Assembly (NCBI GenBank): GCA_015494645.1
Contig: WGAU01000030.1
Location: 1 to 37,499 of the forward strand
Direction of reading: 5' to 3'
DNA from: Aquificota bacterium
GTDB lineage: Bacteria > Thermosulfidibacterota > Thermosulfidibacteria > Thermosulfidibacterales > Thermosulfidibacteraceae
DNA length: 37,499 bases
Shown here: positions 1-9,435 of the stretch, in pieces
Layout of the letters: the number at the start of each line of letters is the position of its first letter
Position numbering within the stretch: position 1 is the stretch's first letter
The notes under the pieces: model-generated
The model's database searches: none
Told to the model about the DNA's origin: nothing
What the model saw: the letters and a program-made list of their open reading frames with translations, nothing else
Position numbers and translations under genes: made by a program

Positions 1-1012
1 TGGTAACCTTTCTCTTCTCATAATTCATGGTCTGCTTGGAAAGGATTTGCTGCGCTGGTCCCAAGTTTGATTCTACTCCGGGAATACCACCCACTCCAGG
101 AACCTTGCCCTGAGCCTTTTCCTCAATCTGCTGCTCGCTTCTCACCACATTCTCAGGATCATAAACCACCTTCTCCTTCTCTATCTTACTGTAATCCAGT
201 TCAACGGTAACCTTTGCCACCGCCTTACCGGGCCCCAAGGCCTTGGTAAGCATTGATAGAATCTTTTTCTCGTAAAGCTTCTCTAACTTTCTCTTATACT
301 CCAACCTATCAAGGGCCACTTTGCCCAACTCTTCCTCTTTCTCTTTCGCTATAAGCTCCGTGAGATCCCTACCTTTTGTATCAACCACCGTCACATTTTC
401 AGGCTTCAACCCTTCAACGGCACTGGCAACAAGATGAACTATAGCCTTCACCTGCTCAGGCTTAAGATCCACATCTGGCCTCAACTTCACCACAACAGTG
501 GCTTTAGGAGGTTCCCTTTCCTCAAGGAAAACACTCTTTTTAGGTAAAGACAGCATAACCTTAGCGTTCTCTATAGGCTCAAGTTGCATAATGGTTCTTG
601 CAAGCTCTCCCTGAAGTGCCCTGACATAATTCACATGCTCCATAAACTCAGTCATTCCTATGTTGGTCTTGTCAAAGATCTCAAAACCAACTCCTCCCCC
701 CTTGGGAAGCCCTTCAGAGGCAAGCTCAAGCCTCAAGGAGTATACTCTGTCCTTGGGAACCAGTATGGTCTTACCGCCCTTGGCCAGCTTATAGGGGACT
801 CCTCTGGTCTGAAGGGCCTTTACAATTTCTCCGGCATCTTTGGGATCAAGGTTGGAAAATAGGACTCCATACTCCGGTCCTTTCCTACCAAAAGCTAAAA
901 ACAAAAGACCTGCAAAGGCTAAAACGGTAACTCCAGCTACAACATACCTTTGCCACTTGGGAAGTCTAAGAAACGGATCGGCAAGGTTCTTAAAGTAATC
1001 GGTTATCGCCAT
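1..1012 (-). CDS. fliF: Flagellar M-ring protein FliF, N-terminal part. The gene runs off the left edge of the window.
   Basis: The minus-strand ATG is at 1010-1012. The translation MAITDYFKNLADPFLRLPKWQRYVVAGVTVLAFAGLL...VLFSNLDPKDAGEIVKALQTRGVPYKL is a typical FliF N-terminus with a TM helix. It lies immediately downstream of fliE. The ORF track does not list it because the window holds no stop. Confidence 0.85.
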   Translation of the reverse strand, partial: MAITDYFKNLADPFLRLPKWQRYVVAGVTVLAFAGLLFLAFGRKGPEYGVLFSNLDPKDAGEIVKALQTRGVPYKLAKGGKTILVPKDRVYSLRLELASEGLPKGGGVGFEIFDKTNIGMTEFMEHVNYVRALQGELARTIMQLEPIENAKVMLSLPKKSVFLEEREPPKATVVVKLRPDVDLKPEQVKAIVHLVASAVEGLKPENVTVVDTKGRDLTELIAKEKEEELGKVALDRLEYKRKLEKLYEKKILSMLTKALGPGKAVAKVTVELDYSKIEKEKVVYDPENVVRSEQQIEEKAQGKVPGVGGIPGVESNLGPAQQILSKQTMNYEKRKVT

Positions 1013-1018
1013 TTAAGA

Positions 1019-1321
1019 CTACACCTGCATGCGCATTATCTCCTGATAAGCCTCAATGGCCTTGTTTCTCACCTCCATAAGCATCCTCAACGACACATCT
1101 GCCTTTTGAAGGGTAATCATCACCTTCTGTATATCCTGCTCTTTACCGGTGGAAAGAGCTTTCAGAGCCTCCTCGGCTTCCAACTGCATCCTGTTTACTT
1201 CTGCCACACTTTCTTTGAGGACTTCTGCAAAAGACTTCCCAGATACATTTTCCTTTTTGGGCTTCTGAGAAGCCGTCTGCTCCGCTGTCTTGCGGTATAT
1301 CTCAGAAACCCTGTTGTTCAT
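1019..1321 (-). CDS. fliE: Flagellar hook-basal body complex protein FliE
   Basis: 100 aa. The size and sequence fit FliE, and it sits in flgB-flgC-fliE-fliF order. Confidence 0.85.
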   Translation of the reverse strand: MNNRVSEIYRKTAEQTASQKPKKENVSGKSFAEVLKESVAEVNRMQLEAEEALKALSTGKEQDIQKVMITLQKADVSLRMLMEVRNKAIEAYQEIMRMQV

Positions 1322-1340
1322 AAAGCATCACCTCCCCTAA

Positions 1341-1796
1341 TTAAGCCCTCCCAATCTCCAATGTCTTCAATACCATATCCTTGGCAGAATTGAAAGCAGT
1401 AACATTGGCTTCAAAGCTTCTTGAAGCGGAAAGCAAATTTACCATCTCCTCAACCACATCTACATTGGGATATGTAACATAACCATCCTCATCGGCATCG
1501 GGGTGATAGGGGTCGTAAACCTTCCTGAAAGGCTTATTATCCTCTATTATTTCCAAAACCTTGACACCTTCCGACTCGGAACTTCTAAAGATCATTCTCC
1601 TCAGATAATCCCCGAAAGATTCAGGTTCCTTCTCCACACTCACAGGCATGAAAACCACATCTTTTCTGCGATAGGGTCCCCCTTCAGGGGTCCTTGTGGT
1701 CTCAGCATTGGCCAGATTGGAAGATATAACATTCATTCTCACCCTTTGAGCAGACATCCCAGAGGCGGCTATCTTAAAAACCGAGAAGAAGGTCAT
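1341..1796 (-). CDS. flgC: Flagellar basal-body rod protein FlgC
   Basis: 151 aa. The N-terminal motif MSAQRVRMNVISSNLANAETTRT is the conserved rod-protein N-terminus. Confidence 0.9.
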   Translation of the reverse strand: MTFFSVFKIAASGMSAQRVRMNVISSNLANAETTRTPEGGPYRRKDVVFMPVSVEKEPESFGDYLRRMIFRSSESEGVKVLEIIEDNKPFRKVYDPYHPDADEDGYVTYPNVDVVEEMVNLLSASRSFEANVTAFNSAKDMVLKTLEIGRA

Positions 1797-1802
1797 GGCT
1801 CA

Positions 1803-2213
1803 CTACCTCCCTGTAATAGCGTATTTGAGCTTCCCAATCTGCATGGAATAGGCCTGAGCTATGGCGTTGTATTTAAGCTGATTCTCCGCAAGCAAAGCCA
1901 TCTCCTTATCAATATCCACCGAATTCTCATCGTTTCTCACTGGAAACATCACCCTATCAACCCTGCCTTTCACATCCTCCAGCGTAGCAGGAGCAGACGG
2001 TATGTGCATGGGATGGGTCACGTACAGAGGCAGCTCATCCGTCCCATAGACCACATCCTGAAGCTCCTTTTCAAAGCTAAACCTTTTGGCCTTGTACCCT
2101 GGGGTATCGGCATTGGCTATATTGGCAGTTATATAGGCATGCCTTTTCCTCAAAAGCTCCATGGATCTGCCGGCCACATCCAACGCCATCCTGTGGTAAA
2201 TAGCATCTATCAT
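1803..2213 (-). CDS. flgB: Flagellar basal-body rod protein FlgB
   Basis: 136 aa. The ANIANADTPGYKA motif is present, and a GGAGGTGA SD precedes the ATG. Confidence 0.9.
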   Translation of the reverse strand: MIDAIYHRMALDVAGRSMELLRKRHAYITANIANADTPGYKAKRFSFEKELQDVVYGTDELPLYVTHPMHIPSAPATLEDVKGRVDRVMFPVRNDENSVDIDKEMALLAENQLKYNAIAQAYSMQIGKLKYAITGR

Positions 2214-2256
2214 GGCTCACCTCCCCAACAGGGGAGTTAGCAAAATCTTTGCCATA

Positions 2257-3117
2257 CTACTTGGAGCTTTCCGCACTGTTTCCCGCAGGCCTGTAGGGAA
2301 CAGGTATATACTGAACAGAAGATTTGGCACTCATTGGCTGCTCGTAAAGATCCATAAGAGCGTAGATCTCCTCAGGCATATCCGTGCTTACCTTTATGCC
2401 AAGCTTTTCTAAATCATCCTTCATAAGAGGATAATCATGGGTCCATTTGCCCTGAGACAAAATCTCAGCCACCTCTTCCGCCCTTTTCTCCTCCCACCCC
2501 TTATGCATCAGTATCTCCTTAACCGTCTGCCTCATCTGCTCAAGAGCCTTCTTTGAAACATCGGCAAGTATCAGGGTGTTATCGTCTATTTCCTCAACAG
2601 GCTTCTTCTCCAATACAGAAACAATGGACGCTGCAGGCATCTGGCCGATCTGGGGATCCACCGGACCAAGCACAGCATTCTCATCCATAACTACCTCATC
2701 AGCCGCAAGGGCTATGAGGGTCCCACCGGACATGGCAAAGTGAGGAACAAAAACTGTTACCTTTGCAGGATGCTTCATCAGAGCATGGGCAATCTGCTTC
2801 GCGGCAAGAACCAAGCCACCGGGAGTATGTATGATAAAATCAATGGGCACATCCTTAGGGGTCATTCTGATAGCCCTTAAAACGCTTTCCGAATCTTCCA
2901 TGTCTATAAACTTCATAAAAGGAATACCCAAAAGGCTCCTTGACTCCTGACGGTGTATCATAGTTATAACCCGGGAGCCTCTGTTTTTCTCTATCTTTCT
3001 CATAATCTTCAATCTTGCCGCCTCAAGCATCCTCTGACGCATCAGGGGCATAAAGGAGAGGAGTATGAGAAACAGCCAGAAAATATCAAACACATTGATA
3101 TGGGGCATGTTCTGCAT
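2257..3117 (-). CDS. ClpP-fold serine protease of the SDH/S49-like family, with an N-terminal TM helix
   Basis: Motifs IIHTPGGLV and SGGTLIALAADEVVMDENAVLGPVDPQ match the serine dehydrogenase proteinase family. I prefer the start MQNMPH at 3117 because AAGGAGGT lies 7 nt upstream. The track's TTG start at 3177 would overlap the divergent gene. Confidence 0.6.
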   Translation of the reverse strand: MQNMPHINVFDIFWLFLILLSFMPLMRQRMLEAARLKIMRKIEKNRGSRVITMIHRQESRSLLGIPFMKFIDMEDSESVLRAIRMTPKDVPIDFIIHTPGGLVLAAKQIAHALMKHPAKVTVFVPHFAMSGGTLIALAADEVVMDENAVLGPVDPQIGQMPAASIVSVLEKKPVEEIDDNTLILADVSKKALEQMRQTVKEILMHKGWEEKRAEEVAEILSQGKWTHDYPLMKDDLEKLGIKVSTDMPEEIYALMDLYEQPMSAKSSVQYIPVPYRPAGNSAESSK

Positions 3118-3194
3118 GGAAACTACCTCCTTTTCTATTTTTGGACTTAAATATATATTGCAAAGCAACAGCCTCAATCCTAAAAATTATCACC

Positions 3195-4496
3195 ATGAGG
3201 ATAGCTTTTTACACAATAGGCTGCAAGCTCAACCAGTTTGAAACAGAATTTATGAAGGAGCAGTTTGAGGAGGCAGGCTGGGAAACAGTTCCTTTCAAAG
3301 AAAAAGCAGACGTTTACATCGTTAACACATGCACGGTAACAGGACAGGCAGACTCAAAATCCCGCCAGACCATAAGACAAGCCCTTAAAAGAAATCCAAA
3401 TGCCCTTGTGGTTGCCGTGGGATGCTACTCCCAAGTGGCCAAAGAAGAGCTTCTCAAGACAGGCGCCTCACTGGTGCTTGGAAATCCTGAAAAGGGAAAG
3501 ATAGTAGAACTTGTGGAACAAGCCTTGAAAGAACAAAATCTCCCCAGAGTGCATGTTTCCAACATAAACAACAGCTTCTTTCCCATGACCATAGAGAATT
3601 TTTCCGGGCACTCCCGTGCCTTTATCAAAGTACAGGACGGATGCAACAGAAGATGCCCCTACTGCATAGTCTGGAAAGCAAGAGGACCTTCCAGAAGCGC
3701 TCCCCTTGAATTGGTAATCAAAGAGGCCCAGAAACTCGCCGACGCTGGATTTGAAGAGATCGTTCTAACGGGAACCCACTTAGGATGTTACGGTGAGGAA
3801 AAGGGCTTGGATCTTGTGGATCTACTTGAAAGACTCGTTGAGATTGATTCCCTGAAAAAAATCAGACTGTCCTCCCTTGAACCAACGGAAATCACTCCGC
3901 AGCTTATAGAGTTCATGAAAGAAAACAGTAAAATAGCCCGCCACCTGCACATACCTTTACAGAGCGCAAGCAACAGAATACTCAGGCTCATGAACAGACC
4001 CTACACAAAAGAGGAATTTGAAGATCTCGTAATGAAGCTTGCTGAAGCCTTGCCCGATGTGGGCATAGGAGTAGATGTTATAGTGGGCTTTCCCACAGAG
4101 GAAGAGGAGGATTTTGAAGAAACCTACAGGCTTATAGAAAAGCTGCCCATATACTACATGCACATTTTTCCTTATTCTCCACGGCCAAACACACCTGCGG
4201 CTTACATGAGACCTCAGGTCAGGCCAGACATAAAGAGAAGAAGATGGGAAATTATGAACCAGCTAAAAGATGCAAAAAAGAAATACTTTATAGAAAGATT
4301 TATAGGCAAAGAGCTTGAAGGGGTGATAGAAAACAGGCCCGCAAGTGAAAAGGGATACTGGAGTGCCCTCACAGAAAACTATATTCCTCTCGTAGTAAAA
4401 GGCCAGTTTCCCCAGTTAGCAGGTAAAGTGAAAAGGTTCAAGCTAATCCAAAGATTGGATCACCGAGCAGAAGCGTTACTTCTAACTTGGAGATAG
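3195..4496 (+). CDS. Radical SAM methylthiotransferase of the MiaB/MtaB/RimO family (MtaB-like)
   Basis: N-terminus MRIAFYTIGCKLNQFETEF..NTCTVTG (MTTase domain). It has a CxxxCxxC radical SAM core (GCNRRCPYC) and a C-terminal TRAM-like tail. I prefer the conserved N-terminal ATG at 3195 over the track's TTG at 3141. Confidence 0.8.
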   Translation: MRIAFYTIGCKLNQFETEFMKEQFEEAGWETVPFKEKADVYIVNTCTVTGQADSKSRQTIRQALKRNPNALVVAVGCYSQVAKEELLKTGASLVLGNPEKGKIVELVEQALKEQNLPRVHVSNINNSFFPMTIENFSGHSRAFIKVQDGCNRRCPYCIVWKARGPSRSAPLELVIKEAQKLADAGFEEIVLTGTHLGCYGEEKGLDLVDLLERLVEIDSLKKIRLSSLEPTEITPQLIEFMKENSKIARHLHIPLQSASNRILRLMNRPYTKEEFEDLVMKLAEALPDVGIGVDVIVGFPTEEEEDFEETYRLIEKLPIYYMHIFPYSPRPNTPAAYMRPQVRPDIKRRRWEIMNQLKDAKKKYFIERFIGKELEGVIENRPASEKGYWSALTENYIPLVVKGQFPQLAGKVKRFKLIQRLDHRAEALLLTWR

Positions 4497-7109
4497 CTCC
4501 TCCATTACTTTAGCCTGCGCCGCTGCCAAGCGGGCACCAAGTATCCTGTAAGGCGAACAGCTTACATAATCCACACCGATTTTATGGAAGAATCTGACCG
4601 ACTGGGGATGTCCTCCATGCTCCCCACACACACCCACCTTCAACTGGTGATTGGTAGCCTTCCCAAGCTCCACGGCCATCTTGACAAGCTTTCCCACGCC
4701 AAGTTCATCTATCTTTACAAATGGGTCTTCCGGTAGAAGCCCTTTTTCAACGTAAACGGGAACGAACTTGGCAGCATCATCCCTGGATATTCCGTAGGTT
4801 GTCTGAGTAAGGTCGTTGGTCCCTATAGAGAAGAAGTCTGCCTCCCTTGCTATCTGATCCGCAGTCAGTGCAGCTCTGGGAAGTTCTATCATAGTCCCCA
4901 CTTTGTAGTTAACAAATACCTGACGCTCCTGCATAACTTTGTTTGCCACCTGAGTAATGAGATCCCTGAGCAGCCTCATTTCCCTCACGCTGAATATCAG
5001 AGGAACCATTATCTCCGGATAAACCTCGCATCCCCCCTCTTTAAGGTCACAGGCAGCCTCTATAATAGCTCTGGTCTGCATCTCGTATATTTCAGGGTAG
5101 AGAATTCCAAGCCTTGCACCTCTCAATCCCAACATGGGATTAACTTCTGAAAGCTGGCGCATCCTCTCCTTTATCTTAGAAACGGGAATGCCCCTTTCCT
5201 GTGAGAAGTTTAACATTTCTTCCTCAGTCTTGGGCAAAAACTCATGCAGCGGCGGATCAAGCAGTCTAATAGTCACGGGTAAACCTTCCATCTCCCTGAA
5301 TATTCCTTTGAAATCCTCCCTTTGAAGAGGAAGGAGCTCTTCCAAAACCTCCCTCCTCTTCTCACTGCTTTCCGCAAAGATCATGTCCCGCACGATGTTG
5401 ATCCTGTCCTTTTCAAAGAACATGTGTTCTGTCCTGCAAAGGCCCACTCCCTCTGCTCCCAGCTCCTTAGCTATTCTTGCATGTTCAGGAGTGTCTACAT
5501 TGGCTCTAATCCTAAGAGTCCTTATCCTATCTACCCACTCCATCAGCTTTCTAAAATGCTCCGACGGCTTGGCTTGAACAAGCCTCACCTTACCTAAGTA
5601 AACTTCACCTGTGGTGCCATCTATGGTGATCCACTCACCCTCCTTCACCTCTACGCCATTAACCCTAATGACACCCTCCTTTTCATCCACATCAAGCTCA
5701 CCGCATCCCACGACACAGGGCTTACCCATACCCCTTGCCACCACCGCAGCATGTGAAGTTACCCCTCCCCTTGAAGTAAGTATTCCCTCAGCAACATTCA
5801 TACCACCTACATCTTCAGGAGAGGTCTCGGGTCGGACCAGTATGACCTTGTCTCCAGCTTCGGCCATTTCCTCAGCCTTTGAAGAGGAAAGCGCTACCTT
5901 CCCCACGGCAGCTCCCGGTGAGGCTGGAAGCCCTTTGGTTAAGAGGCACTTCACTTCATCGGGATCCACCATTGGATGGAGAAGTTGATCCAGCTTTCCC
6001 GGATCCACCCTCAAGACAGCAGTTGCCCTGTCAATGATACCCTCCTCCACCATATCCACAGCTATCCTGATGGCAGCAGCTATAGTTCTTTTCCCCGCTC
6101 TCGTTTGAAGAATGTAAAGTTTCCCCTTCTCAATAGTGAACTCTATATCCTGCATATCCTTGTAGTGCCTTTCCAATCTATCTGCGTACTTTTCAAGCTG
6201 AGCGTATATCTCGGGCATGATTTCTTTTAATTTTTCCACAGGATCCGGGGTTCTTATCCCAGCAACCACGTCCTCTCCTTGAGCGTTGATCAAAAACTCC
6301 CCAAACAGTCCCTTCTCCCCTGTAGCCGGATTCCTTGTAAAGCAAACACCCGTTCCCGAATCATCTCCCATGTTGCCGAAAACCATGGTCTGAACATTGC
6401 AGGCCGTTCCCCAATCATCGGGAATGTTGTGTATCCTCCTGTAGATTCGAGCCCTTTCGTTGTTCCAAGACCTAAAAACCGCTTCAACAGCACAGAAAAG
6501 CTGCTCCCAAGGATCCTGGGGAAACTCAGCCTTATACTTCTTGTAGATGTGAAAGTAGCGCTCAACCAGCTCCTCAAGGTCGTCATCGGTCAGCTCAATA
6601 TCGGTCCCTTTGCCCTTTTCTCTCTTTAGCTTCTCAATGGCATCTTCAAACTCCTCATGGGGAATCCCAAGGACCACATCTCCAAACATCTGAATGAGCC
6701 TCCTGTAAGAATCATAGGCAAAACGCCTGTTGGACGTTGATTCCGCTAAGGCCTCCACCGTTTCACTGTTCAGTCCCACATTCAGTATAGTATCCATCAT
6801 ACCGGGCATACTTACCTTGGCACCGGATCTTACTGAGAAAAGAAGTGGATTATCTTTGGAACCAAAACCTTTACCCACAAGCCTCTCAACATACCTGACC
6901 CCCTCTTCTATTTGACACCTCAAATTCCCGGAAAGCTCACCCATCCTCAGGTACTCCAAACACGCCTCCGTGGATACGGTAAACCCCGGAGGAACCGGGA
7001 TATTAAGCCTCGTCATCTCGTGAAGATTGGCTCCCTTGCCTCCAAGCAGATCCCTCATGGAGGCATCACCTTCAGCGTAACCATTTCCAAAAAAATACAC
7101 GTACTTCAT
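4482..7109 (-). CDS. ppdK: Pyruvate, phosphate dikinase
   Basis: 875 aa. The N-terminus MKYVYFFGNG...GGKGANLHEMTRLNIPVPPGFTVSTEA is recognisable, with a PEP-utilising His domain and a C-terminal TIM barrel. A GGAGGT SD is present. Confidence 0.95.
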   Translation of the reverse strand: MKYVYFFGNGYAEGDASMRDLLGGKGANLHEMTRLNIPVPPGFTVSTEACLEYLRMGELSGNLRCQIEEGVRYVERLVGKGFGSKDNPLLFSVRSGAKVSMPGMMDTILNVGLNSETVEALAESTSNRRFAYDSYRRLIQMFGDVVLGIPHEEFEDAIEKLKREKGKGTDIELTDDDLEELVERYFHIYKKYKAEFPQDPWEQLFCAVEAVFRSWNNERARIYRRIHNIPDDWGTACNVQTMVFGNMGDDSGTGVCFTRNPATGEKGLFGEFLINAQGEDVVAGIRTPDPVEKLKEIMPEIYAQLEKYADRLERHYKDMQDIEFTIEKGKLYILQTRAGKRTIAAAIRIAVDMVEEGIIDRATAVLRVDPGKLDQLLHPMVDPDEVKCLLTKGLPASPGAAVGKVALSSSKAEEMAEAGDKVILVRPETSPEDVGGMNVAEGILTSRGGVTSHAAVVARGMGKPCVVGCGELDVDEKEGVIRVNGVEVKEGEWITIDGTTGEVYLGKVRLVQAKPSEHFRKLMEWVDRIRTLRIRANVDTPEHARIAKELGAEGVGLCRTEHMFFEKDRINIVRDMIFAESSEKRREVLEELLPLQREDFKGIFREMEGLPVTIRLLDPPLHEFLPKTEEEMLNFSQERGIPVSKIKERMRQLSEVNPMLGLRGARLGILYPEIYEMQTRAIIEAACDLKEGGCEVYPEIMVPLIFSVREMRLLRDLITQVANKVMQERQVFVNYKVGTMIELPRAALTADQIAREADFFSIGTNDLTQTTYGISRDDAAKFVPVYVEKGLLPEDPFVKIDELGVGKLVKMAVELGKATNHQLKVGVCGEHGGHPQSVRFFHKIGVDYVSCSPYRILGARLAAAQAKVMEELSPS

Positions 7110-7162
7110 GATAAACCTCCAACCGAAAAGTTACCTTCAAGGATAATTATAAACCGGTAGGT

Positions 7163-8188
7163 TTAAGAATTCACGGAAACCGTATCTCTACCCGTGGATT
7201 TCGCCCGGTAAAGCGCTTCGTCAGCAGCTCTAACGAGATCGTCAGAGCTCATACCCTCTACATACTCGGATATGCCAAAGCTGGCGCTGACCCCAAGCCC
7301 CAGGGATTTAATTTTCTTCCTTATACGATTTGCAAGAACCAATGCACCTTTCGCATCGGTATCGGGAAGAACTATCAGAAATTCGTCTCCCCCATACCTT
7401 CCACAGTAATCCACCTTCCTTACAGAAGATCTTATAGCCTCAGCCACTTCCTTCAAAACCTTATCTCCAAAAATATGACCCTTCTCATCATTGAGCTTTT
7501 TGAAGTTGTCCAGATCTATCATAATTACAGAAAAGGTACTACTGTATCTATTTGCCCTCTCAATCTCTAAAGAGATAATTTCAAAGATCTTGCCCCTTGA
7601 ATAAAGCCCAGTTAGATAGTCAAACTCAGCCTTCGCCCTCAAAAGCTTCTCGTACTTTTTCCACATGCCAAAGAAAGCGAAGTAGAGGAAAGACGTAAGT
7701 ATCAAAGCCATAACCAACTGTACAAAATAAAAGGAAACCTGTGGCTGATGAATAAAACCAGATTTGAATGAGAAAAGGATACTAACCACCAAAACGTAAA
7801 AACTCGCAGCAATTCCTCCCCATGGGCTTGTGATCATAGCCACCCCGAGAACGTAAACGGGCAACCAGATGCTCATGGTCTTCTTTCCGTGAAACATCTG
7901 GTAGTACATGACAGCGGTTATGAGAAAAGTAACCGCAGCTACCCCAGCACCGATAACAAACCGTTCTTGTTTATCAACCACAAAGTAGCCCACTGCGAGA
8001 CATGCACAGACCAGAAATTCCAAAACAGCAAGGGGCTTGTATGTAAAAAGCAGATCGTAAACGGCAAGTATAAACTGCATTAGAGCAAGAGACAGGCACA
8101 GTATTTTCAGAAATCTCAATCTCAAGTTTTCAAAAGCTGCAGTCATTGCAATTTTCAAACAGATGTAATATTCTTTAGCTGAGGGCAT
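7163..8188 (-). CDS. Membrane-anchored GGDEF-domain diguanylate cyclase
   Basis: Several N-terminal TM helices precede a GGDEF domain (LTGLYSRG...DLDNFKKLNDEKGHIFGD...CGRYGGDEFLIVLPDTD). The start is uncertain: ATG at 8188 or 8146. The track's TTG at 8215 overlaps the divergent DUF59 gene. Confidence 0.8.
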   Translation of the reverse strand: MPSAKEYYICLKIAMTAAFENLRLRFLKILCLSLALMQFILAVYDLLFTYKPLAVLEFLVCACLAVGYFVVDKQERFVIGAGVAAVTFLITAVMYYQMFHGKKTMSIWLPVYVLGVAMITSPWGGIAASFYVLVVSILFSFKSGFIHQPQVSFYFVQLVMALILTSFLYFAFFGMWKKYEKLLRAKAEFDYLTGLYSRGKIFEIISLEIERANRYSSTFSVIMIDLDNFKKLNDEKGHIFGDKVLKEVAEAIRSSVRKVDYCGRYGGDEFLIVLPDTDAKGALVLANRIRKKIKSLGLGVSASFGISEYVEGMSSDDLVRAADEALYRAKSTGRDTVSVNS

Positions 8189-8191
8189 AAT

Positions 8192-8470
8192 ATGAAAAAT
8201 TTGCCAGAGCCTCAAGACATAGCGAAAATTTTATCAGAAATAAAAGATCCCGAAACAGGGTTTAATCTTCTTGACCTTGGTATTGTAAAGAACATTGACT
8301 ACATACCAGAAGATAAAAAGGCCATTGTATATGTAGATTTTAAAAGAAGAACCCCAAGCTGCGCTGCCTGTGCTCCCATAGCATGGCTTGTACAGAAAAG
8401 GATACTTGACGAATTGAGCAAAAGGCTGATGGAGTATCCTGACATAAAAAAGGTTGAAGTGAAAGAGTAG
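8192..8470 (+). CDS. DUF59/MIP18-family Fe-S assembly protein
   Basis: 92 aa. The motif ILSEIKDPETGFNLLDLGIVKNI matches the FeS_assembly_P family. A GAGGG SD lies 6 nt upstream. Confidence 0.75.
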   Translation: MKNLPEPQDIAKILSEIKDPETGFNLLDLGIVKNIDYIPEDKKAIVYVDFKRRTPSCAACAPIAWLVQKRILDELSKRLMEYPDIKKVEVKE

Positions 8471-8472
8471 CC

Positions 8473-9435
8473 TCACAAAAGTTTTTCAAGGTCCTGCCTC
8501 TCAGGGAGCTTCAATCCCAACTTTTCAATGCACTGCCTCACATCTTCGGGCAGCGGCGAAAACACCGAGATTCTCTCGCTTCTGACGGGGTGGTCAAAAT
8601 CCAGATAGGCAGCGTGAAGCGCCTGTCTATGTATGAGATCAAGCCCTTTCCTACCGTATATAGCGTCTCCCAAGACAGGACAGCCTAAATGGTGCATGTG
8701 AACCCTGATCTGGTGAGTTCTCCCGGTGTAGATCCTCACCAAAAGCACACTAAATCTGTCGCTGGAATCAAAAACCACATACTTTGTAATGGCCTCTCTC
8801 CCCCCCTCAACCACCGCCATTTTTTTCCTGTCCACAGGATGCCTCCCAATGGGAGCATCCACCGTTCCCGAAAGAAAAGGCGGCTTCCTCCAACACACCG
8901 TAACGTAAATCTTTTTTACCTTCTTGTCTTGAAACATCCGGCTCATGATCATATGAGCCTCTTCCGTTTTCGCCACTACCATAAGGCCTGAGGTGTCCTT
9001 ATCAAGTCTGTGAACTATCCCAGGCCGTTCTCTACCTCCCAAAGGGGAGAGAACTGGAAAACGGGAGATCAACACGTTAGCCAAGGTATCCTGAGCATGT
9101 CCAGCCGCAGGATGCACCGGAATTCCAGCAGGCTTCTCAATAACAGCAAGATGCTCATCTTCAAAGTACACTTTTATATCCAGATCCCACGGCACCAGCT
9201 CCAAAGGCTCTGGTTCTGGAATAAACACCTCTACCTCAGCTCCAGCAAAAACTTTCACCCCAGCCTTTCTGGGAATTCCACCGTTTAAAAGAATATGTCC
9301 TTCGTCCAAAAGCTTTTTTATTCTGCTACGGGAAAGATCAAGGTGGGTTTCAAGGAATCTGTCAAGGCGAGTGCCAGCGAATTCATCGGAAACCCTTAGA
9401 ACCTTCCGTATACCTCTGTTCCGCAGGAGGGACAT
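8473..9435 (-). CDS. rluD: RluA/RluD-family 23S rRNA pseudouridine synthase
   Basis: An S4 domain is followed by the catalytic HRLDKDTSGLMVVAKT motif. Confidence 0.85.
   Translation of the reverse strand: MSLLRNRGIRKVLRVSDEFAGTRLDRFLETHLDLSRSRIKKLLDEGHILLNGGIPRKAGVKVFAGAEVEVFIPEPEPLELVPWDLDIKVYFEDEHLAVIEKPAGIPVHPAAGHAQDTLANVLISRFPVLSPLGGRERPGIVHRLDKDTSGLMVVAKTEEAHMIMSRMFQDKKVKKIYVTVCWRKPPFLSGTVDAPIGRHPVDRKKMAVVEGGREAITKYVVFDSSDRFSVLLVRIYTGRTHQIRVHMHHLGCPVLGDAIYGRKGLDLIHRQALHAAYLDFDHPVRSERISVFSPLPEDVRQCIEKLGLKLPERQDLEKLL

Noticed and set aside
1503-2240. 245-aa plus-strand ORF antisense to flgC/flgB
   Set aside because: It lies entirely opposite two well-supported flagellar genes. It has no SD, a low-complexity Arg/His/Pro-rich composition and no recognisable domains. 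This is a shadow ORF.
2214-2256. Sigma-28 (FliA) promoter upstream of flgB
   Set aside because: No TAAA-N15-GCCGATAA-like match is visible in the 43-nt gap or in the 3' end of the protease gene. Only the SD is clear.
5134-6915. Series of 60-125-aa plus-strand ORFs inside ppdK, for example 5611..5988 which is Ser/Thr/Pro-rich
   Set aside because: These are antisense to a conserved 875-aa enzyme. Their composition reflects the reverse complement of a GC-skewed coding strand. None has a credible start context.
7110-7162. Small hairpin AAACC-GGTA-GGTTT between the GGDEF stop and the ppdK start
   Set aside because: It has a 5-bp AU-rich stem with no convincing U-tract. It is too weak to call a terminator.
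8192-8215. ORF-track starts that create divergent-gene overlaps or long N-terminal extensions (3177, 8215, 14703, 35369, 36625, 24989, 25450, 33954)
   Set aside because: These are TTG or GTG codons upstream of better-supported ATG or SD-backed starts. I treated them as ORF-finder over-extension and adjusted the feature coordinates rather than reporting them as unusual N-termini.
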